Source of the DNA: an uncultured Desulfocapsaceae bacterium | Lineage (GTDB): Bacteria; Desulfobacterota; Desulfobulbia; Desulfobulbales; Desulfocapsaceae | DNA: 64,000 nucleotides | Direction of reading: 5' to 3' | Assembly (NCBI GenBank): GCA_964558875.1 | Contig: CAZLGM010000001.1 | Coordinates: 5,447-69,446, forward strand | Shown: positions 18,601 to 27,444 of the stretch, one piece after another | Position numbering within the stretch: position 1 is the first letter of the stretch | Layout of the letters: every line of letters begins with the position of its first letter | Program-made: the position numbers and the translations under genes | Notes under the pieces: generated by a model | Databases searched by the model: none | What the model was told of the DNA's origin: nothing | The model's input: the letters and a program-made list of their open reading frames with translations, nothing else

Positions 18601-21600
18601 GATGGTTGATCCGGTAATGGTCAGAATACCCGTATCCTGGTTGCGGATGCCGCCCCCCTTGCCGCTTGCCTCGCTTTTTGAGATGGTTGTATTGTTAATG
18701 GTCAGGGTTTCGGTATTGTAGATAGCCCCACCGTCTCCGCTTACTTTACCCTTTTTTAGGGTCAGGTTGTTGAGGGTGACCTCGCTATTGGCGGAGTTGC
18801 CGTCATCGATAGTGAAAATTCGGCTATCTTTCTGACCGTCGATGGTAACCCGGCCATCACCGTCAATGGTCACATCATCGGTAATGGAAAAATCGTCAAG
18901 AGCCATATTGATGGTACCAGTTCCCGTGTAACTCTTCGGGCTGCCGTCTGCCGCTGTATTGAGCAGGACGGCAAAGGAGATACTGTCAGCCTCGGGGTTT
19001 ATATTAGCCAGACCAATGGCTTCACGAAGGGAGAAGTCGCCGGTACCATAATCGTCATCGTTTTCATCCACCAGATTGTCAACAACCAGATTCAGGCTCT
19101 GGGCCTCATAGGCGCCCATGTCGACACCGCTGCCGTCGTCGCGCTGAAAGGGGTTGCCCCGTTGATCGTTCTGGAGGTTCAGCGGATTCGCTCCAGCATT
19201 TAGAGCCGGGCTGCCGGCCAGCAGCGCGTGAGTCAGGGTAAATCCGCCGTTGTCGGCAAGGGGGGCAAGCAGCGGATTATCATCAACGATATTGCCAAAC
19301 CCGTCACCACTGGTGGCGCTGTCGACAACAGTATGGCCGCCATCATCGGACTGGATCAGCGAGTGGTTGGCAGCAAATGTACCGGCCCCGGAGGTACGTA
19401 GGTCGTTTCCTATACCCCCCGCGCTATTATTGCCGATAATAGTTGAGCTGATTGTAGTGGTACCCGGGAGGGTGGAAGGCACCCATGAGAAAAGGCCGCC
19501 GCCGTCATTTACGGCTGTGTTCCCAGCGATGGTCGAATTTATAATTCTGTTTGTACCGGATGAGGTCATCAAAAAGATGCCACCACCGTCAGCCGAGGCT
19601 GTGTTCCCGGAAATGGTCGAGTTCGAGATGGTGTTGATACCGGTTGAGCTCATTGCAAAAATGCCGCCACCGTCAGTTGTAGCACTGCTTCCATGGATGG
19701 TTGTATTGGTAATGGTGATGTTCTCCAGGCTGTAGATACCACCGCCTTTTCCCTCAGCGCGGCCGTTTTGCAGGGTAAGATCATTAAGTGTTATACGGAG
19801 ATGATTGGTGCTTCCATCGTTGATCTTGAATATCCTGCTTTGATTTTGACCATCAATGGTGACCCGCTGGTCACCGTTGATGGTGAGAGATTTGCTGATC
19901 GCAAATTCACCAGCCCAGGGATTTGCAGCGCTAAACGGGGTGATGTTGATGGTGCCGGTGAGCCCGGCTGCAAAATTGATGGTGCTGCCGGGAGCGCTGT
20001 TGAAAATGGCTTCTCTTAAAGAATAGTTACCTGCGGAGTAATCACCGTCAAACTCGTCGGTCAGCGAGTCCACATCTTTTGAAACAAAGACCACTGCCTG
20101 CTGCTCATAGGCGCCGATATCGGCAACGCCGCCATAGGTCCGGTTCTGGCCGCGCTGATCCGTTGCCAGCCCATTGTCTGTGCCGCTGTTGAGTGCAACG
20201 GAGCCGTTGCCAAGTGCATGGGTCCAAGTGGGTCCGCCGTTATCGGCCAGAGGGCCGAGAAGCGGATCGACTCCGACGATGTTGTCATTAGTGCCATTAG
20301 CAATAGAATGACCACTTCTATCTTCAATCAGTGAATGTGTGACCGTAACTGTACCTGCCACGGTGGTATAAAGGTCATGACCGACACCATATTGGGAAAT
20401 ATTATTGGCAACAATGGTGCTCTGCATCGAGAGGTCGGAAAATGCGCATATGCCACCACCATAATGATCACCATCGTTTCCGGTGATAGTTGAGTTGCTG
20501 ATTGTTGTACTGCCATTGGTGAATATTCCGCCACCGGGGTAAAATGTATTGGAGTTTCCGGAAATTGTAGAATTGGTGATGGTCAGGCTGGAGGTGTCGG
20601 AAAAAAATGCAATACCGCCACCATACCCCCCGGCACGGTTTCCGGAGATGGTCGAATTGGTAAGAGTTACGTCACCGGATTGACCACCAGAAAAGATTGC
20701 CCCGCCGTATCTTGTCGAAATATTATTTGCGATGGTGGAGCCTGTTATAGTCAGGTTCTCCATGTTGCTGACAGCACCGCCATGCCCTGTTGAATAACCA
20801 TTCTGTAAGCTCAGGTTCTCCAGACTGACATCGATTTTGTTTGAATCGTTGCCGTCATCGATATTGAAAATCCGGCTGCCGGTCCCCTGAGTACCGGTAT
20901 AGCCGCCATCGATAGTGATCTGATTTTCACCATTGATAGTAACTTCATTGGTAACAGTAAACGCACCCAGGGTCATGTTGATGGTACCGCCATGTATGCT
21001 TGGGTCGAAGAAAATAGTGTTATTGTAACCGGCAGCAATTGCTTCCCGTAAAGAAAGATTGCCTGGACTGTAATCACCGTCATTTTCATCAATCAGCGAA
21101 TCGACAACGATATCCGTGGACAAGGTTGGGTCTTGTGCCTCATAAGCGCCAATATCCACACCACCGATATCACGGGCATAGCCTGCTCCCCGTTGGTCAA
21201 ATTGACCGGCGGGGGACGGATGGTAACCCCTGTTCAAGGCAGCGCTGCCCGTGTGCAAAGCGTGGGTCCAGGTCGGCCCGCCGTTATCGGCCAGAGGGCC
21301 GAGCAGCGGATCGACACCGACGATGTTGTCATTAGTGCCATGAGCAATAGAATGACCACTTCTATCTTCAATCAGTGAATGTGTGACCGTAACTGTGCCT
21401 GCCACGGTGGTATAAAGGTCATGACCGACACCATATTGGGAAATATTATTGGCAACAATGGTGCTCTGCATCGAGAGGTCGGAAAATGCGCATATGCCAC
21501 CACCATAATGATCACCATCGTTTCCGGTGATAGTTGAGTTGCTGATTGTTGTACTGCCATTGGTGAATATTCCGCCACCGGGGTAAAATGTATTGGAGTT

Positions 21601-24600
21601 TCCGGAAATTGTAGAATTGGTGATGGTCAGGCTGGAGGTGTCGGAAAAAAATGCAATACCGCCACCATACCCCCCGGCACGGTTTCCGGAGATGGTCGAA
21701 TTGGTAAGAGTTACGTCACCGGATTGACCACCAGAAAAGATTGCCCCGCCGTATCTTGTCGAAATATTATTTGCGATGGTGGAGCCTGTTATAGTCAGGT
21801 TCTCTATGTTTCTAATGGCACCACCATGCCCTGTTGAATAGCCATTCTGCAGGGTCAGGTTCTCCAGGCTGACATCGATTTTATTTGAATTGTTGCCATC
21901 ATCAATATTGAAGATCCGGCTGGAATTCTGAGCATTAATAGTCACCCGGCCATCACCGTCAATGGTAAGATCCTGGGTGATGGTAAACTCACCAAGAGCA
22001 AGATTGATGGTGCCGGAGTCCGTATAACTCTTGGCACTACCGTCGGCAGCCGTATTGAGCTGAGTTGCAAAATGAATGATGCCGTACAACGAAGATGATT
22101 CCGCCAGCTCAATGGCTTCCCGCAATGAAAAGTCTCCTTCACAGTAATCACCATCCGACTCATCCACCAAAGAATCGACAGGTTTGATCTGGGCCTCGTA
22201 ACTCCCCATATCAACACCCTTGCCGTCATCGCGATTGTAGGGGATTCCCCGCTGGTCGGTTGTCAGTCCGTTGGCTATGCCGCTGTTATGGGCAGGAGAA
22301 CCCACCAACAGTGCGTGGGTCCAAGTTGGCCCGCCGTTGTCGGCCAGGGGGGCAAGCTTCGGATCGTCACCAACAGTATTGTTATTGCTGCCGTTAGTGA
22401 TGGAGTGGCCGTCACCTGTTTCAATCAGGGAATATTCAACATCAAGGGTTCCTGTTCCATCGGTATACAGATCATTGCCAAGGTTTCCTGCGCTGTTGTT
22501 ACCGATAATTGTTGAGCTGATGGAGGTGGTGCTGTTGCCGCCGGTATAAATGCCGCCGCCATCGGTTGTGGCTGAATTATGAGAAATTGTTGAGTTGTTG
22601 ATAGTGGCTGCAGTGCCCCAGAGAGATATTGCTCCAGCCCTGAAAGTGTTAGCTGTATTTCCCGAGAAGGTAGAATTGCTGATGTCAGTTGTACCGGATA
22701 CGGCATGCAGGCCGCCGCCATAGCGGGCTTCATTTCCGGAAAGAGTCGAATCGGTGATGGTAATATCGTTTCGAGTATGTATGCCGCCGCCATTATATGC
22801 CGCGAAGCTGCCAGCGATAGTTGAGTTGGTGATGCTTAAGTCTTCGAAGTTCTGGATTGCACCGCCGGAACCTGTGATAAGGCCGGCACTGTTGGCAGAG
22901 CCGTTTTGCAGGATTAAATCATTTAAGGCGACACTGCTGTCGGAACTGTTGTCGCCGTCGTTGATACTGAAAATCCGGCTGCCGGTAGCAGGATTAACAC
23001 CGTCATAGCCGCCGTCGATGGTAATCCGCCCCTGACCATTAATGGTCAGGGATTTGTCGATAACCAGTTGACCAAGGGCGGCATCAAGATTGATCTGTCC
23101 ATTTAAATCCTTATGAAAGTGGATCGTTCCACCCGACGGAGCGTTGGTAATGGCTTCACGCAATGAGTAGTCACCAGCCGAATAGTCGCCGTCGTTTTCA
23201 TCAACCAGAGTATCGACGATGGTGTTGGCCTCCAAGGCACCCATATCGACACCGCCGACATCCCGGACAAAACCGGCTCCCCGCTGGTCATTGTCAAGGT
23301 TGTCGGGGTTGGAGCCGCTGTGCAGGGCCGGGCTTGTGACTTTCAACGAGTGAGTCCGGGTGGGGCCGCCGTTGTCGGCAAGAGGATTGAGAGCCGGGTC
23401 AACATTTACGATGTTACCGTTGGTGCCATTAACAATGCCGTGATTGCCGCCACCGGACTCGATAAGGGAGTTGTTGGCACTGATAGTTGAAGAGGACATC
23501 CAGTTGAGAATATCATGGCCGTTTGCGTCACTGTAGGCCAGATTATCGCCTAATATTGAGGAATTGAGGGTGATGTTGATATCTGAGAGGAGGAGCCCGC
23601 CGCCGTAATAGGCGCTGTTGTTGGCAATGGTTGAATTGTTGATTGTGGCTGTTCCTGTTCCCAAAGCAGAACCTACAACCAGACCACCGCCATATTGGGC
23701 GGAATAGTTGCCGGAGATGGTTGAATTGGAGACTTTAAAGCTGTTGCCGTAGATCGCATACATCCCGCCGCCACCGTATGCTGTGCGGTTATTGGAAACA
23801 GTTGAATTAGCGATACCGATATCACCAAAAAATGCAGTGAGATAGAGCCCGCCGCCGTAGGAATCACCGGCATTATCGTCAATGGTGGAGTTGCTGATAG
23901 TGATTGAACCGGTAATGGCGGAAGCTGCCACACCACCCCCGCTTCCCCCGGTACTGGAAGTGAGGCTGTAAGTAGCACCGTTGCCGGTAATTGTCGAGTC
24001 GCTGATAGTGATTGTTCCCGAATCAGTAATAAGAGCCAGGCCGCCGCCGTCCCCGCCGTAGGCCATATTCTGGGAGATTGTTGTTTCACTGACATTGTTT
24101 CTGCCATAGGAAGAAGCGGCAAAAATGCCGCCGCCGCTTCCTTCCAAGGCGTAATTATAGGTGACGGTTGAACCGCTGATGCTGTTTGAGCCGTAAATTG
24201 TATTGGCAAAGATACCACCGCCGTCTCCGCCACTGGCATAGTTCTGATAAACCGTTACATTGCTGAATGTGTTTGAGCCGTAATTTGTCGAGGCGAAGAC
24301 ACCGCCGCCGTCTCCATCATACGCATAGTTATATCCAAAGGACGTATCGGTCACCGTCAGGCCGCTGGAACTGTTTCGTGAATAAATACCGCCGCCGCTC
24401 TCGGCAGCCATGTTGTATGTAACGGTAGAATCGCTGACGGTCAATATTTCACTGTTATAGATGGCACCACCGCTTTCACCGGCTCCTGCCGCGTTGCCTC
24501 CCGTCAAGCTCAGACCGGTGAGGGTGACCTCCGAATCGGTGGTGGGGTCGGTGTCATCGATCGAGAACAGGCGGCTGCTGTATTGGCCATCAATGGTGAT

Positions 24601-27387
24601 ACGATTATCGCCATTAATAGACAGGCTCTTGTCAATGGTGAATTCACCCAAGACCATATCGATGTCGCCGGAGAGGCCGGGCTTAAAAAGAATCCATTCG
24701 CCGTTGCCGGCCTGGTCGATGGCCTCGCGAAGGGAATAATTACCGGCAGAATAGTTGCCGTCATTTTCATCGGCCAGGGTGTCGACGATATGGAAAAATT
24801 CCACAGCCCCCATATCGGTGCCGGCGCCGGCCATACGAACAAAACCTGCTCCCCGCTGGTCGTTGGCCAGTCCATTGGCCGCGCCGCTATCGATGACAGG
24901 GCTGCCGGCCATGAGTGCATGGGTCAAGGTCGGGCCGCCGTTATCGCCTAGTGGCAGCAGACCGGGGTCCTGGCCGACGATATTGCCTAAAGAATCGCCG
25001 CTGGTGGCGCTGTCATCAACGTTGTGACCTGTAGCCGTTTGAATCAGGGAATGGGCAGCCTCCAGATTGCTTGTGTTGTCGCTTACATCCTCACTATTGG
25101 TGTCAATGGAAATGTTGTCGCTGATGATACTGGAGCTGATACTGCTGCTGCTGTTACCACCAACGGAGGCATGGGAATAAAAACCGCCGCCGCTGAGTTT
25201 TGCCGTATTAAAAGCTATGGTTGAGTTGGTGATTGAACTGGTCGAGTCACTCAAACCGGCCAGATGGACACCACCGCCGGTGTCGGTTGTTGACTCATTG
25301 CCGGAAATGGTGGAGTTGACAATAGAATGAACGCTGTGAGTGGAGTTCCAGATCAGAACACCGCCGCCCATATCCACCGAAGTGTTACCGGAAATGGTGG
25401 AGTCGGTGATTGATACCGAGCCGTATCGCACATCATTGAACAGACCGCCTCCGGCCCCGTCACTGGTATTGCCCGAGATGGTGGATCGGGTGATACTGGT
25501 ATGGGCGTCGCCAAACCGGGTATAGGTGAACAGACCGCCACCTTCAATGGTGGCATGGTTATTCCTGATAATGGAGTCGGTTATCAGGGTGGTGCCGCCA
25601 TAGGCCGCTCTTGTGCGGATGCCGCCGCCGCGGCCGCCCTGATTATTCTGGATGACGGAGTTTGAGATAGTCAGATTTTCATTGCTTGAAATAGCGCCAC
25701 CGCCACCGGTGCCGGCGTTTCCTGCCTGCAGGGTCAAACCGGCTATTGTCACGTTGATCAGGCTTTGCGGCATGTTACTGTAGTCATCGATATTAAAAAT
25801 TCGGCTGCCTGTTCCGGGTACGCCGGTATAGCCGCCATCAATGGTAATTCGACTGTCGCCGTCGATCCTGATATGGTCGGTGATTTCAATCTCACCGAGA
25901 CTCAAGGCGATGGTGCCGGATAAGCCGGCAGCAAAGGTGACATCGACCAAGCCTTCGTCAGCGTTGGCAAGTCCAACGGCCTCACGCAGAGAAAGATCTC
26001 CAGCACCATAATCGCCGTCATTCTCATCCACCAATGTGTCGACCACCAGCCGATGGGATTCATAGCTGCCCATATCAACGGTTGCCACGGTTCTGATATA
26101 CCCCCGGCCGCGCTGGTCCGTATTCAGGTTGTCCGGGTTACTGCCGGCATTCACCGCCGGAGAACCGGCCAGCAGTGCATGCGTCCATGTTGAACCGCCG
26201 TTGTCTGCTAATGGTGCGAGACGGGGATCGATACCGATGAGATTGTTGTTATCCTGTCCACTGCCGGTGCCAGGGTTGTTATCAACGAGATGTCCGCCGG
26301 TTGAACCGATCAGCGAGAAGGTGACATGTAAGGGGCTGTCTTCCGCATTGAGCAGGTCAGCGCCAGTAGCCCCGGCACTGTTGTTTGCAATAATCGTTGA
26401 ACAGATGGTGGTTGGATTGTTGTCAAAAGTGTGCAGCGAAACCCCGCCGCCGCTGGCACGGGAGATGTTTTCAACTATGGTGGAGTTAACGATTTCAGTG
26501 GAGACAGAACCGTTGGTTATTACCAGGAGTCCACCGCCGTAATCCCCCTGATTGTCAGAGATGGTTGACTGCTGAACAGAGATGGAGCCGCCGTCGTTGA
26601 TGTCGATAAACAGCCCGCCGCCGCTGCCATAGGCCCAGTTGCCCGAAATGGTCGAGTTGGCAACTGTTGCCGAACCGCCGGCACCGTTGTCGATATAGAT
26701 TCCGCCGCCATTGCCGAATAAGGCGGTGTCCCTGGTCCTGTTGTCCGAGATGGTGGAGTTGTCGATAACGGTTGAACCGCCATCGACTTTTGAATAGAGG
26801 CCGCCGCCGCAATCACCTGCCGTATTGGCTGTAATGGTGGAATTGGAGAGGCTCAGGTTTTCCCGGCTGAAGATTGCGCCGCCGCTTGCCGTTCCCGAGT
26901 CGCCGTTCTGCAGCCTCAGGCCGCTTAGGCTGACGTCGCTGTTGACAAGGTCATCGCCATCATTGATGTTAAAGATCCGGCTGTTGTTCTGCGCGTCGAT
27001 GGTTACTCGATTGTCACCGTCAATGGAGAGGCTCTGAGCGATTGTAAATTGTCCGCCCCAGGGAGCGGTTGTCGCATCATAAGGGGTCATCCGGATGGTG
27101 CCGGAGGTGACCCAGGACTTGGCAAGGCCATCTTCGCTGATATTGAGTTTATCATCAAAGAAAATCCATTCACCGTCCATCGACGCTCTAATTGCTTCGC
27201 GCAGTGAATAATCACCCAGGCTGTCATCGGCGTCATTCTCATCCACCAGGGTGTCGACGATATGGGAATATTCGATTGCGCCAATATCCACCCCTGCAAG
27301 ACCCACATCCCGTGAAAATCCATCGCCCCGTTGATCATTGAGCAGTCCGTTGGCAACGCCGCCACCAATTGCCATGCTGTTGTTCAT
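15634..27387 (-). CDS. giant repetitive parallel beta-helix surface/secreted protein B, portion downstream of the in-frame TAA (9 modules + unique C-terminal domain)
   Basis: A 3,917-aa ORF. It has nine repeats of the xSLREAI head (CSLREA-domain-like), PbH1/Pmp-like GGAI...NSTISGN beta-helix turns, and the tail NIVGxDPxLxPLADNGGPTxTHAL..GSPA...DQRG..R....DMGAYE (choice-of-anchor-Q-like). The reading frame is continuous with ORF 27445-31392 across the TAA. Confidence 0.9.
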   Translation of the reverse strand: MNNSMAIGGGVANGLLNDQRGDGFSRDVGLAGVDIGAIEYSHIVDTLVDENDADDSLGDYSLREAIRASMDGEWIFFDDKLNISEDGLAKSWVTSGTIRMTPYDATTAPWGGQFTIAQSLSIDGDNRVTIDAQNNSRIFNINDGDDLVNSDVSLSGLRLQNGDSGTASGGAIFSRENLSLSNSTITANTAGDCGGGLYSKVDGGSTVIDNSTISDNRTRDTALFGNGGGIYIDNGAGGSATVANSTISGNWAYGSGGGLFIDINDGGSISVQQSTISDNQGDYGGGLLVITNGSVSTEIVNSTIVENISRASGGGVSLHTFDNNPTTICSTIIANNSAGATGADLLNAEDSPLHVTFSLIGSTGGHLVDNNPGTGSGQDNNNLIGIDPRLAPLADNGGSTWTHALLAGSPAVNAGSNPDNLNTDQRGRGYIRTVATVDMGSYESHRLVVDTLVDENDGDYGAGDLSLREAVGLANADEGLVDVTFAAGLSGTIALSLGEIEITDHIRIDGDSRITIDGGYTGVPGTGSRIFNIDDYSNMPQSLINVTIAGLTLQAGNAGTGGGGAISSNENLTISNSVIQNNQGGRGGGIRTRAAYGGTTLITDSIIRNNHATIEGGGLFTYTRFGDAHTSITRSTISGNTSDGAGGGLFNDVRYGSVSITDSTISGNTSVDMGGGVLIWNSTHSVHSIVNSTISGNESTTDTGGGVHLAGLSDSTSSITNSTIAFNTAKLSGGGFYSHASVGGNSSSSISSSIISDNISIDTNSEDVSDNTSNLEAAHSLIQTATGHNVDDSATSGDSLGNIVGQDPGLLPLGDNGGPTLTHALMAGSPVIDSGAANGLANDQRGAGFVRMAGAGTDMGAVEFFHIVDTLADENDGNYSAGNYSLREAIDQAGNGEWILFKPGLSGDIDMVLGEFTIDKSLSINGDNRITIDGQYSSRLFSIDDTDPTTDSEVTLTGLSLTGGNAAGAGESGGAIYNSEILTVSDSTVTYNMAAESGGGIYSRNSSSGLTVTDTSFGYNYAYDGDGGGVFASTNYGSNTFSNVTVYQNYASGGDGGGIFANTIYGSNSISGSTVTYNYALEGSGGGIFAASSYGRNNVSETTISQNMAYGGDGGGLALITDSGTITISDSTITGNGATYSLTSSTGGSGGGVAASAITGSITISNSTIDDNAGDSYGGGLYLTAFFGDIGIANSTVSNNRTAYGGGGMYAIYGNSFKVSNSTISGNYSAQYGGGLVVGSALGTGTATINNSTIANNSAYYGGGLLLSDINITLNSSILGDNLAYSDANGHDILNWMSSSTISANNSLIESGGGNHGIVNGTNGNIVNVDPALNPLADNGGPTRTHSLKVTSPALHSGSNPDNLDNDQRGAGFVRDVGGVDMGALEANTIVDTLVDENDGDYSAGDYSLREAITNAPSGGTIHFHKDLNGQINLDAALGQLVIDKSLTINGQGRITIDGGYDGVNPATGSRIFSINDGDNSSDSSVALNDLILQNGSANSAGLITGSGGAIQNFEDLSITNSTIAGSFAAYNGGGIHTRNDITITDSTLSGNEARYGGGLHAVSGTTDISNSTFSGNTANTFRAGAISLWGTAATINNSTISHNSATTDGGGIYTGGNSTTSISSTIIGNNSAGNLGNDLYTDGTGTLDVEYSLIETGDGHSITNGSNNNTVGDDPKLAPLADNGGPTWTHALLVGSPAHNSGIANGLTTDQRGIPYNRDDGKGVDMGSYEAQIKPVDSLVDESDGDYCEGDFSLREAIELAESSSLYGIIHFATQLNTAADGSAKSYTDSGTINLALGEFTITQDLTIDGDGRVTINAQNSSRIFNIDDGNNSNKIDVSLENLTLQNGYSTGHGGAIRNIENLTITGSTIANNISTRYGGAIFSGGQSGDVTLTNSTISGNRAGGYGGGIAFFSDTSSLTITNSTISGNSNTFYPGGGIFTNGSTTISNSTITGNDGDHYGGGICAFSDLSMQSTIVANNISQYGVGHDLYTTVAGTVTVTHSLIEDRSGHSIAHGTNDNIVGVDPLLGPLADNGGPTWTHALHTGSAALNRGYHPSPAGQFDQRGAGYARDIGGVDIGAYEAQDPTLSTDIVVDSLIDENDGDYSPGNLSLREAIAAGYNNTIFFDPSIHGGTINMTLGAFTVTNEVTINGENQITIDGGYTGTQGTGSRIFNIDDGNDSNKIDVSLENLSLQNGYSTGHGGAVSNMENLTITGSTIANNISTRYGGAIFSGGQSGDVTLTNSTISGNRAGGYGGGIAFFSDTSSLTITNSTISGNSNTFYPGGGIFTNGSTTISNSTITGNDGDHYGGGICAFSDLSMQSTIVANNISQYGVGHDLYTTVAGTVTVTHSLIEDRSGHSIANGTNDNIVGVDPLLGPLADNGGPTWTHALGNGSVALNSGTDNGLATDQRGQNRTYGGVADIGAYEQQAVVFVSKDVDSLTDEFDGDYSAGNYSLREAIFNSAPGSTINFAAGLTGTINITPFSAANPWAGEFAISKSLTINGDQRVTIDGQNQSRIFKINDGSTNHLRITLNDLTLQNGRAEGKGGGIYSLENITITNTTIHGSSATTDGGGIFAMSSTGINTISNSTISGNTASADGGGIFLMTSSGTNRIINSTIAGNTAVNDGGGLFSWVPSTLPGTTTISSTIIGNNSAGGIGNDLRTSGAGTFAANHSLIQSDDGGHTVVDSATSGDGFGNIVDDNPLLAPLADNGGFTLTHALLAGSPALNAGANPLNLQNDQRGNPFQRDDGSGVDMGAYEAQSLNLVVDNLVDENDDDYGTGDFSLREAIGLANINPEADSISFAVLLNTAADGSPKSYTGTGTINMALDDFSITDDVTIDGDGRVTIDGQKDSRIFTIDDGNSANSEVTLNNLTLKKGKVSGDGGAIYNTETLTINNTTISKSEASGKGGGIRNQDTGILTITGSTIKKNSADTSGGGISNKGASVTIDGDSVISVNNAKNGGGIHNTGTGATLTITDSTVKDNIAIEDGGGLFNKASATITGSTFKDNAAYMNGGGIRNSGAGANLTITDSTVKNNSAMEDGGGLYNKATATITGSTFSENWTSTGKGGGVHNRGSGAITITDSTFKKNTADASGGGISNIGTGVVTITDSTLKKNTAGKNGGGLFNKATATVNSSILSGNHADKDGGGVSNTDSGILTVSNSTLSGNSAGRDGGGIANSGTATINNSTVAENSATAGRGGGLFQVNGDATLNSTIVGNNTALAGADVFHSGGTLNADHSLIEDPNGHTIANGTNDNIVGVDPGLRPLADNGGSTRTHALMGSSPALHSGSNPDALANDQRGAGFNRDVGGVDMGAWEGNHLVDTLVDENDGDFSAGDYSLREAIANATDKGTILFHPDLDGPINLDPVLGELVIDKNLTIDGNDKITIDGGDNNRIFNVDDTSGTTQSTVLLAGLILQNGSSGNDGGAILNRENLTISASTVSYSYASGDGGGVFNSGTITITGSTVSENNAKYSGGGIANTGIATISQSTISNNSAKYNFTAASDSHGGGINNSGTVTIDSSTVSNNTAHDFGGGINNSGTATITASTISGNTSTRSGGGIFTYSGTLTVQNSTISGNETTNSDGGGIKSFSGITSIKNSTIGDNRSRYNGGGVVLGSFATMDIVSSIIGNNTSDTAGNDLFHEPGGTLSVDHSLIESDDGGHAVPDSGVSGDGLGNIVGADPGLGPLADNGGPTQTHVLYIGSPALNSGSNPDGLTTDQRGEARDDGTGVDMGAFEDPTGQGIDPNPGEPGGETVPMGTDPGAGDDARPTDPWWLASIYEDAEAFIDFVGKQYSSWPLFFAELEVFYTDSVNILADFLTDMESRYSETLLFWIEEFIPIFGDDPLFKPILLEMGVLLGNDSDILQTPETSGTLISINGQSDLDWYQGINERLKRHPAFESDVDKLLGGILG
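20221..20875 (-). repeat. copy 1 of a near-identical intragenic segmental duplication of about 655 bp (1,044-bp period)
   Basis: It aligns base-for-base with 21265-21919. A core of about 400 bp (about 20356-20760) looks identical. Confidence 0.85.
21265..21919 (-). repeat. copy 2 of the near-identical intragenic segmental duplication
   Basis: The protein blocks IFNIDDGNNSNKIDVSLENLTLQNGYSTGHGGA... and IFNIDDGNDSNKIDVSLENLSLQNGYSTGHGGA... are almost identical over about 215 aa. The antisense ORFs 20328-20534 and 21372-21578 differ at 1 of 68 residues. Confidence 0.85.
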
Positions 27388-27444
27388 CAGGGCATGGGTC
27401 AGGGTCGGGCCGCCGTTATCGGCCAGCGGCCGCAGATATGGGTT

